From: a virus
Lineage: Duplodnaviria > Caudoviricetes
IMG/VR virus record: IMGVR_UViG_3300005466_000029
Span: 1,628-65,627 of that record
DNA: 64,000 bases
Reading direction: 5' to 3' (one strand)
The notes under the pieces are model-generated. The model ran no database searches. It saw only the letters and a list, made by a program, of their open reading frames with translations, and was not told the origin of the DNA. Position 1 is the stretch's first letter. Each line of letters opens with the position of its first letter. The translations under genes and the position numbers were made by a program. Below, piece after piece: positions 18,821 to 26,456 of the stretch.

Positions 18821-18907
18821 GATGCTGCCTTCCCTCGATAGTATTTGCCTGCCATATTCAAGCTACCGCGCCCCGGGGCTCTGCTGCCCCGGAGCGCAGA
18901 AGTGGAG

Positions 18908-19660
18908 CTAGATCTCGCCCGCGTCGAACGGAATGATCAGGCCGTTGTACGCCACCGTAAAGTTCGCCGCATCGGCCACCACTCGCGCGGCCAGGTCCTC
19001 CACCGGGAGACCGCTCGAGCTCACACCCTTCATGCGGTGCAACGCCGGGAACCGGTAGTCGCCCTCCTCCGTGCTGCTGCCCACGCCCAGCCGCGCCTCC
19101 GTTGCGCGGGTCATGGGCGTACCGGCCAGCAGGCCGGGTTCGTAGCCCCACACCATGCAGCGCCCCTCAGGGGCCAGCTCCCGAGCGGCAACCCGCAGGG
19201 CCATGCTGAGCGCTGCTTTGCTGGCGCAGTAGGGCAGGCTGCGGGTGCGGGGGATGCGGGCGGAGTTGCTGCTGATGGCGATGAACTTCTTGACCGCGCC
19301 TTCGCGCCCCGGTCTTACGGAGCTGTGTAAGAACTGGCCGAGCAGCGTCATCGGGCCCGTCACGTTGGTCATGAACGCGTCCGACAGCTTAGTCATCAGC
19401 CACGGGTCGTCCACCTCCGTGGGGACGTTGACGCCCACCGTGCACACCACGATGTCCGGTTGAACCTCCTGCAGGACCTCCTTGACCCGCAACGAATGCG
19501 TGACGTCCATCTTGATCTGCTCTTCGCCGATCCCCGCGGTGTTGACGGAGGCGAAGTCGTAGCCCTCACTGGCTTCCTCGTACACAGCCTCCCCGAGGCT
19601 GCCCTCCGCAGCTCCGACGACCAGCATCGCGGGCAGCTCAGTTACCACTGCTGTCACCAC
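18908..19660 (-). CDS. short-chain dehydrogenase/reductase (SDR)
   Basis: VVGAAEGSLG Rossmann loop, TNVTG, ISSNS, YCASK (YxxxK), PG...TPM. Confidence 0.88.
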   Translation of the reverse strand: MVTAVVTELPAMLVVGAAEGSLGEAVYEEASEGYDFASVNTAGIGEEQIKMDVTHSLRVKEVLQEVQPDIVVCTVGVNVPTEVDDPWLMTKLSDAFMTNVTGPMTLLGQFLHSSVRPGREGAVKKFIAISSNSARIPRTRSLPYCASKAALSMALRVAARELAPEGRCMVWGYEPGLLAGTPMTRATEARLGVGSSTEEGDYRFPALHRMKGVSSSGLPVEDLAARVVADAANFTVAYNGLIIPFDAGEI

Positions 19661-20270
19661 CGATGCCCTTGGCCACGTCGCGAGTGTTCATCCGGGGCTT
19701 GATCGGCACCACGTGACCCCGGCCGTGAGGCATGCACATGTAGCTGAACCGGCCATAGCTGGACTCGCAGTGCTGCAACGGCTCGTAGCCCACACCGCGC
19801 AGCGCCACCATCGCCTTGCCGTAGGCCTCCATCGTGGGGACCTTGAAGCTGGCGTGCGCGATGGCGAAGTCCTCGAGCGTGAAGTGGTACGGGCTGTGGC
19901 CCTCCGCCACGTACATGATCTCGAGGCGGTAGTTGCGGTTCGGGTGGTCCAGGAACCAGTAGCGGACCCGGTAGGCGCTGGAGATGGGGCGCGTGTGAAC
20001 CACGTCGTCCGCCTGGTTGAACAGCACCCAGCCGTCCAGGCCGACCATCACGTTCAGGAACGCGTACAGGTTCTCGAGGTCGCCGAAGTAGACCGCCATC
20101 TCATCGATGGTGTACTCCATGCCCAACACCCCGCGGAGCTCGGAGGCAGCCCTCTGCTGCTCCATGTCGATGCTCTCCAGGGCTCCCTTGATGCCCGGGC
20201 GAATGCGCTTCTCGGGGTCGAGAAGCTCGTCGCCCCAGCCACGAAGCTTCTGAAAGAAGTCGTCGGTCAT
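19638..20270 (-). CDS. putative VOC/glyoxalase-fold protein
   Basis: IDEMAVYF...LEIM...AHASFKV...L...G pattern of paired beta-alpha-beta-beta-beta modules. Confidence 0.5.
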   Translation of the reverse strand: MTDDFFQKLRGWGDELLDPEKRIRPGIKGALESIDMEQQRAASELRGVLGMEYTIDEMAVYFGDLENLYAFLNVMVGLDGWVLFNQADDVVHTRPISSAYRVRYWFLDHPNRNYRLEIMYVAEGHSPYHFTLEDFAIAHASFKVPTMEAYGKAMVALRGVGYEPLQHCESSYGRFSYMCMPHGRGHVVPIKPRMNTRDVAKGIGGDSSGN

Positions 20271-20272
20271 GT

Positions 20273-23200
20273 CTAGCCTTTCAACTTGTCGGGGTCCAAG
20301 ACCCACAGCTCTTCGGCGTAAATAGCTCGCCTGTATTCTCTACGCTTTAGCCCACGCACCAACAGGAGATGACGCTTGGGGTCTAGGTCCCATATCTGCT
20401 TCTTGTACTTCTCGTACAACCCGCGGTACCTGTGTACCGTAATGGTCAGCGGGCCACTCTCGTCTTCGCCAAGAATCACCGTCCAGTTGACGTAGTCGGG
20501 GTCACGCACGGTGCTGGGATCCAGCTCATCCCCCGTGCGGCTGCGGTGCAGCTCGTAGAGGTCCTTGAGGTTCCGGTCGCGCACGCTCACCAGCACGACG
20601 TGTTCGCCCTGCTTCGGCTCGTACGGCACGTCTTCGGCGCGACTGGTGGGGCGCCGCATGCCGTTCTCATCTGCGTGCCGGTTCAGCCAGCCGCGCACCT
20701 TGCTGAGCTTGCGCTGTAGCAGCGAGATCTCGAACGGGTCCTCTTGTTCGCAGAACTCCAAGATGCTCACAATGGTCTTCGGACCGATGCCCTTCACCGC
20801 CTCGTAGGGCATCCAGCTCTTGTTGGCTTCAAGTTCTTCTATGCCAACGAGTTCTCGCCAACTGATCATAGAGTTGGCAGTCTTCTCACCGACGCCGCTG
20901 ATCTGTACAAAACCGGCCAGCAACGCGCCATTGTGAACAGACCACGACATCTGGCTGCGGACGGGGTCAGGCGGGAGGATCTCAATGCCCTTGGCAACCG
21001 CCTCCTTGAGGAGGTCGAACCCCTTCTCGCCTGGCTTGCACTCGTACTTCTGCAGTGCCGCGCAGTAGAACTCGAGCGGGTACTTGACCTTCAACCACAT
21101 GGTCCAGTAGGCCAGCAGGCCGTAGCTCACGCAGTGCGCGGAGTTGAACGCATACGCACCTGCGGTCACGAGCTGCTTCCACACCTTGCCCGCGCTGGTC
21201 TCCTTCACGCCGTTCTGCTTGCAGCCGTCCATGAACAACTCGCGCATGCGGTTGAACGCCTGCTCGCCTTGCTTCTTGGAGATCAGTTTTCGAATCTGCG
21301 CCGCTTGCTCCCACGTGAAGTTACCCAGGCGCCGCACCACTTGCAGGATCTGCTCCTGGTACACGATCTGGTAGTTAGTCCACTTGGTGATCTCATCAAC
21401 GACCGGGTGCAGGTGCTCCGCTGGCTTGCGCCCGTGTTTGACCTGAATGTACTCGGCTGCCGCCCCGCTGTGCAGCGGTCCCGGGCGGGAAAGTGCGTTG
21501 ATGTCGCAGATCTCCTCGAAGCTGTCTGGCTTCACCTCGCGGTTCACACTGCGCATGGCGCGACCGTCGAACTGAAAGATCCCAACCACTTCGTTGCGGC
21601 GGAAGGCTTCGTACACGGACTCGTCGTCAGTGGGCAGGGAGTAGAGATCGTTCAGCTTCATCCCGACCATGTCCAGGCAGCGCTTGATGACGTTCATTGT
21701 GGTCAGTCCGAGCGCGTCGATCTTGAGCGCGTTGATGTGCTCAGCGTCGTACTTGTCGATGCTCAGCACGTTGCGCACGATGCCGCTCTTCGGGTCCTCA
21801 CGGGTGTACACCGCAACGCCTTCCCAGAGCGGGCCGTTGGCCACCACCAGGCCGGCAGCGTGGATGCTGAAGTTCTTCAAGCAGCCTTCGAGACGCTGCG
21901 CCTTGCGTAGGTGCGGGTACTTCTTGAAAACGTTGGCCACGTCGGGGAACATGGCAATGGTGTCCTCGATGGTGGCGCTGCCGCGGAGGTCTCCGGAGCT
22001 GCGCTCGATGAGCTTCTCCTTGACGGCGGCCACGGGGCCAGCCGGTATCTGGTAGACCCGGGCGATGTCGTCGAGGCTGTTCTTGCCCTTGTAGTTCGTG
22101 ACCGTGGCGATGTTGCCTACTTGCGCTTCGCCATACAGGTCAACGAGATGCTGCCGAACGCGCCAGCGCTCCTCGTCGTCGAAGTCCAGGTCGATGTCCG
22201 GCAGGTCATGCCGGTTGGCGTCGATGAACCTCTCGAACAACAGCGTCGGGTGGTTCATCGGGTTGACCTCGGTGATGCGTGTCTGATAACACACGACGCT
22301 GGCTGCGGCGGAGCCCCGGGCGGGACCCACGGCGATGTCGTTGTCCTTGCACCACTGCACGAGCTCGCCGACTACCAGGAAGTAGTCCGTGAAGCCCTTT
22401 GGTACGATCAGGCCCATCTCGTACTTGGTCTGCTCCGCGGCGCGGCGATACTCCTTGTCCGGCAGGTTGTTGAAGCCCCGCCTCATCCAGCCTTCCCGCA
22501 GCCAGTCCCAGAGCAGTTCCTCGCTGGGCTTGTTTCCTGGGAAACGAAGGTCCGAGAACTTAGGGATGGTGACGCCCTTGCAGGCGTCTGCGATGTACAG
22601 CGTCTCCGCCATGGCTGCGCGTGCCTGCCGGCCGGTCAAGCCACACTGCGTGAGGTCCTCGTAGATGTCCGCCGGGTCCCGGGGCGCCAAGTTGATGTCG
22701 TACTCCCAGGACTGCGCCTGCGCCTCCGCGGTGTTCCCCTTGCCGCCACGCGCAATGGCGTGGAGCACGGGGTACATCTTCTTGTCCTCGACGTGCGGGT
22801 AGTGGCAGTCCAACGTAGCCACCAGCGGCACGCCGGTCCGCTCGCTCAGCCGCGCTAGCGCAGCGTTGTACATCTTCTGCCGCACCAACTGCGGGTGCGG
22901 CATGACTTCGAGCCAATAGCGGTCCGGGAAGGTCTCATCGAACCAGCGCACGATACGCTCACCCGCGGCCAGGTCCGGGCGGTTGCGCTCTGGCTCGAGC
23001 TTGCCACCGATCATCTTGTCGGCCAGCAGCCCGCCCATGCAGCCACTCAGTATGAACAGCCCCTCGTTGAACTCCTGCAACATGGTGCTAGTAACCGTGG
23101 GCTTGTATCGGAAGTTGCGCCAGCTTGCCGACACCAACCGATTGAGGTTCTGCATACCCGTGGCACTACTGGCCAGCACGGTCAGGTGGTGCTTCAGTTG

Positions 23201-23434
23201 CCCGCGCTCATCTCCGGTCTCGCAATATATCTCGCAACCGAAGATCGGCTGTATGCCAGCCTTCTCGCATTCACGCTCGAGCTTGACCCAGCCGCTGACG
23301 TTGCCGTGGTCGGTGAGCGTGGCTGCGGGGTAGCCGAGGGAGGCCAGCGCCTCAACGTGCTCGGCCACGGGACGGAAGCCGTCACCGTAGCTGTTGGTTG
23401 CGTGGTGATGGAGGTTGACCATCTTGAGCTTCAA
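20273..23434 (-). CDS. dnaE: DNA polymerase III alpha subunit (DnaE-like, family C)
   Basis: PHP domain NLHHH/LTDHG/GCE/DCHY; GPARGSAA; PDIDLDF; KIDALGL; YAFNSAH. Confidence 0.97.
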   Translation of the reverse strand: MKLKMVNLHHHATNSYGDGFRPVAEHVEALASLGYPAATLTDHGNVSGWVKLERECEKAGIQPIFGCEIYCETGDERGQLKHHLTVLASSATGMQNLNRLVSASWRNFRYKPTVTSTMLQEFNEGLFILSGCMGGLLADKMIGGKLEPERNRPDLAAGERIVRWFDETFPDRYWLEVMPHPQLVRQKMYNAALARLSERTGVPLVATLDCHYPHVEDKKMYPVLHAIARGGKGNTAEAQAQSWEYDINLAPRDPADIYEDLTQCGLTGRQARAAMAETLYIADACKGVTIPKFSDLRFPGNKPSEELLWDWLREGWMRRGFNNLPDKEYRRAAEQTKYEMGLIVPKGFTDYFLVVGELVQWCKDNDIAVGPARGSAAASVVCYQTRITEVNPMNHPTLLFERFIDANRHDLPDIDLDFDDEERWRVRQHLVDLYGEAQVGNIATVTNYKGKNSLDDIARVYQIPAGPVAAVKEKLIERSSGDLRGSATIEDTIAMFPDVANVFKKYPHLRKAQRLEGCLKNFSIHAAGLVVANGPLWEGVAVYTREDPKSGIVRNVLSIDKYDAEHINALKIDALGLTTMNVIKRCLDMVGMKLNDLYSLPTDDESVYEAFRRNEVVGIFQFDGRAMRSVNREVKPDSFEEICDINALSRPGPLHSGAAAEYIQVKHGRKPAEHLHPVVDEITKWTNYQIVYQEQILQVVRRLGNFTWEQAAQIRKLISKKQGEQAFNRMRELFMDGCKQNGVKETSAGKVWKQLVTAGAYAFNSAHCVSYGLLAYWTMWLKVKYPLEFYCAALQKYECKPGEKGFDLLKEAVAKGIEILPPDPVRSQMSWSVHNGALLAGFVQISGVGEKTANSMISWRELVGIEELEANKSWMPYEAVKGIGPKTIVSILEFCEQEDPFEISLLQRKLSKVRGWLNRHADENGMRRPTSRAEDVPYEPKQGEHVVLVSVRDRNLKDLYELHRSRTGDELDPSTVRDPDYVNWTVILGEDESGPLTITVHRYRGLYEKYKKQIWDLDPKRHLLLVRGLKRREYRRAIYAEELWVLDPDKLKG

Positions 23435-23450
23435 GGGTTCTCCCTAGAGG

Positions 23451-23557
23451 GCGAGGCGGAGACCAGCGGCTGGGGTTCTGGTCTCCGCCTCGCGGTAGGG
23501 CTGGGATCGCGCTCACCGAAGTGGGCTTCGGCGTGGCGTTAGCGCGCACACCCAGCC
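23451..23557 (-). promoter_or_regulatory. two stem-loops directly upstream of dnaE
   Basis: perfect 16-bp inverted repeat 23451-23466/23478-23493 plus a nested stem 23499-23557. Confidence 0.6.
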
Positions 23558-23561
23558 GTGG

Positions 23562-24059
23562 TCAGGCTTGCGGTGCGTCCACCACCGGTCGACGACCGCC
23601 ACTGCGCTGCCCGGGCTGGCGCTTGCCGGGCGCAGGTGCGGGCCGCTCCTCTCCGGGGGCGGGCAGCTCGGGCAGCGAACCCTGTGCGGGGTTCAACGCC
23701 GTGGCGTCGTGGCCGCGCGCCCAGTTCTGGTCCGGGTGCATGGCCATGCGCGGCACGATGTCGGCCGCCTGCGGCTCGTGGCCGTATTCGACCCCGTCCT
23801 CGATGTTCACGATCATGAACGCGCAGGTGTTCATGATGTCGAGGAGGGTCTCGACGGGCGTCTCCGCCTGGCCGTTCATCAGCGGCGGGTCCGCCCGCCA
23901 CAGCATGGCGCGCATCCGGTCTCCCTTCTCCAGGATGCGGCTCAGGTTGCCGCGCCAGCCCTGGTGGCGCCACGACGAACCGTAGTTGTCGTTCTTGGCG
24001 CGGATGATGGCCAGCGCGCGTTCGTGAACGCCGCTCACGCGGTATTCGGTGTCACTCAT
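23562..24059 (-). CDS. Nmad1/DUF1599-like (MazG-type all-alpha NTP pyrophosphohydrolase-like) protein
   Basis: KNDNYGSSW...RILEKGDR...ETLLDIMN. Confidence 0.7.
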   Translation of the reverse strand: MSDTEYRVSGVHERALAIIRAKNDNYGSSWRHQGWRGNLSRILEKGDRMRAMLWRADPPLMNGQAETPVETLLDIMNTCAFMIVNIEDGVEYGHEPQAADIVPRMAMHPDQNWARGHDATALNPAQGSLPELPAPGEERPAPAPGKRQPGQRSGGRRPVVDAPQA

Positions 24060-24285
24060 TGCTGCCTTCCTCTTTTCTGGTTACCTCGGGGATCGGCTCG
24101 TGTGCGACGTAGAGCCAGGTGCCACGAGCGTACTCTGCAACAAGGAACTCTTCGTCGCCGGGGACCGGCTGGTACACCTGAAGCTCACCTTCGTCGGTGG
24201 CGTACCAGCCCGTTGCGTCCGGGTAGAAAGCCCCGAACAGCTCACCGTTCTGTGGGTTGAAGCTGCCAACCTTGACCCCCATCAA
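24052..24285 (-). CDS. hypothetical protein
   Basis: 77-aa coupled ORF. Confidence 0.6.
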   Translation of the reverse strand: MMGVKVGSFNPQNGELFGAFYPDATGWYATDEGELQVYQPVPGDEEFLVAEYARGTWLYVAHEPIPEVTRKEEGSNE

Positions 24286-24944
24286 ACACCCCTTTCCTTG
24301 CGCCAGAGCCTTACCTTCTCAGTGAAGTCCCACTCCGCGTGGCGCAGGTTGGTTATCTCTGCCCAGGCGCGTTGTGGCCGGTTGTACGTCCTTTTCATCA
24401 GGTGCGGAACCAGCCCCGCAGCCTGAGCGCGCTCGCACTGCTCCGGTTCATCATCGAGCACCGCAACCACACGACCTGAGCCTACCAACTGTGCCAGGTC
24501 CCGGTACTTGTTCTCGCCGAATAGGACGCCGTCGTACTGGATGCCCTGGTTGCGCAACCAGAAGCGGGTGTCGGGGTCGATGTTGTCCAGCCGCAGGTAT
24601 GGGCGCGTGGTGCACACCCACACTTCGGCCCCGGCTGCCCGCACGGCGCGCGAGAGCTCGGCCGCGCCCACACGGCCGGGCATGCTGCGTTTCAGGCCGC
24701 CCTGGCGGTAGCAGAGCTTGATCTGGCGGTACGTGGCCTTGCTGGTGCCCAGCAGCCGCCAGAACGGCACCGTGCCGTCGCACCACTCACGCGGTATCTT
24801 CTCGCCTACCTGCAACCAGTTGGCTGCGAAGGTCAAGAAATGCTCGTGGTAGTAACCGAGCGTGCCGTCGATGTCCAGCGCCACCACTGGCCGCAGCACG
24901 CGGTCCGGCGTGGCATGCATCACTCTCCGCGGTGCTAACTTCAT
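24282..24944 (-). CDS. HAD-superfamily phosphatase (5'(3')-deoxyribonucleotidase-like)
   Basis: LDIDGTL motif I, TTR motif II, K, LDD motif IV. Confidence 0.85.
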   Translation of the reverse strand: MKLAPRRVMHATPDRVLRPVVALDIDGTLGYYHEHFLTFAANWLQVGEKIPREWCDGTVPFWRLLGTSKATYRQIKLCYRQGGLKRSMPGRVGAAELSRAVRAAGAEVWVCTTRPYLRLDNIDPDTRFWLRNQGIQYDGVLFGENKYRDLAQLVGSGRVVAVLDDEPEQCERAQAAGLVPHLMKRTYNRPQRAWAEITNLRHAEWDFTEKVRLWRKERGV

Positions 24945-25198
24945 GCGGGCTCACCAGCAGGTGCGCAGCAGGCTCCCTTCCAGTTGTGCCCGGGCTCCGT
25001 GCATAGGTGGATGGGCGTACCGACGTCCATCTTCTCCTTGCAGCAGCAGCAGAACCCCGGATGCCGGCTGGGGAACCAACCGGGCAGCTGGAGCACGCGC
25101 TGAAACTCGATGCTCGTGTCGAGCTTCTGCTGCGCCGCCGTGCCGTTGCATTCCGCACACCATGCCGGGTTCAGCAGATGAATGCATTCTTCAGCCAT
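24941..25198 (-). CDS. Cys/His-rich zinc-binding protein
   Basis: CIH...CAEC...CCCC...C. Confidence 0.55.
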   Translation of the reverse strand: MAEECIHLLNPAWCAECNGTAAQQKLDTSIEFQRVLQLPGWFPSRHPGFCCCCKEKMDVGTPIHLCTEPGHNWKGACCAPAGEPA

Positions 25199-26010
25199 CA
25201 GAAACCCCTTTCGCCCATTGCCTTCACGACGCGCTCGTAGGTCTCGTGGCTCAGCACGCCCTTCTGCCACTGCCCATACCTACCCACCCGCAGCACGTCG
25301 GGCAAGCAGTCGCAGTCATTGGACAGCGGCTTGCGGAACTCCGCCACGCCTTCGACCGGTGGCTTGCGCTTGTGCCCGGGCCACTCCACGGTCGCGTAGT
25401 CGAAGACGTTGCTGAGGCGGTACCAGCTCACGTCCTTGCTTCCGTTGCACAGCACCGTGAACGGCTTGATCGGGAAGCGGTCGCGTACGAACTGGCCTCG
25501 GTCCGGTGCGTCACCCAGCGCCCAGCACGGCACCGACTGGAACGTGTGTCGGCTGCCGGCCTGGCACAGCGCGGGCAGGGGGATGCTGCTCACCATCAGG
25601 TCAGGCTGAAGGTGGGCCAGCATGGGCTTGACGTCTTCGGGCCGGACTTTCACGTCCTGCACGCAGGATTCGTAGGTCTCCCACAGCCAGGAGTAGGTCT
25701 TGCGCAGGTCCCAGGCCCAGTGGTTGCCCTCGTACTTCTCCGGGCTGACCGGGGGTGTGAGGCTGCCGTACACCTTGGCGCGGTACACCTCCGTGTCGCC
25801 CAACAAGCGGTAGTCAACTTCCTGCCCGTCCTCGTCCCAGCCTGGGGTGTCGGGGATGGGCGCGTGGAGGTACTGGCATCCGTAGAGGTCGGACGGGCGC
25901 TTGACGCTGAAGCAGATCACCTCGCCGCTGTACAGAGATCGGACCGTGTGTGCCGCGATGAGCCCGGCCGGACCACAGCCCAGCACGACAACCCGCGGGG
26001 TCCTGGTCAT
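25198..26010 (-). CDS. FAD-dependent oxidoreductase (UDP-galactopyranose mutase-like motifs, compact)
   Basis: VVVLGCGPAGLIAA, GCQYLH, SSIPL, GRYGQW. Confidence 0.8.
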   Translation of the reverse strand: MTRTPRVVVLGCGPAGLIAAHTVRSLYSGEVICFSVKRPSDLYGCQYLHAPIPDTPGWDEDGQEVDYRLLGDTEVYRAKVYGSLTPPVSPEKYEGNHWAWDLRKTYSWLWETYESCVQDVKVRPEDVKPMLAHLQPDLMVSSIPLPALCQAGSRHTFQSVPCWALGDAPDRGQFVRDRFPIKPFTVLCNGSKDVSWYRLSNVFDYATVEWPGHKRKPPVEGVAEFRKPLSNDCDCLPDVLRVGRYGQWQKGVLSHETYERVVKAMGERGF

Positions 26011-26438
26011 CTTAACTTCCTCTCTCCTGGCCAAAGTAGTTTGAGCCCCAGCCTGGTACTCACCGGCATGCGTCGTGCGTAGTGCTCTGGATCGATACTG
26101 ATCAGGTGGCTGCGGTGAGACTCGTGGAGGGAGGGTTCACCCCACCACGGCGGCATCTTCGGGGTCATGGACTCGTTTTCCCGTGCCACCCAAGTGAATG
26201 CGCGATAGACCCGCTTCTCGCCGGGAAGCCCGCGCCTGCGCATCTCTAGCTCTGCTGCCAGCACGTAGTAGATGAGGCCTGGCCCGTGTTGGCGCCAGGC
26301 GCGCACATCCCTCCCGCTAACGTCTTCGGTGTACATGTCTCGCAGGCACTGCATGCCTTGGAACACCACGTCCATCAGATGCTCCGAGGCGAGCGTGCTA
26401 GTACTCGCGGTCGCGGAGGCGTACGGAACCCATATCAT
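26007..26438 (-). CDS. pyrimidine-dimer glycosylase / T4 endonuclease V-like protein (MSMEG_6728-like), divergent
   Basis: WVPY start, W..H...L..Y, EMRRRG, PPWWG, LHESHRSHL...DPEHY, WP. Confidence 0.65.
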   Translation of the reverse strand: MIWVPYASATASTSTLASEHLMDVVFQGMQCLRDMYTEDVSGRDVRAWRQHGPGLIYYVLAAELEMRRRGLPGEKRVYRAFTWVARENESMTPKMPPWWGEPSLHESHRSHLISIDPEHYARRMPVSTRLGLKLLWPGERKLR

Positions 26439-26456
26439 CTCACCTCCCTCCTATTC

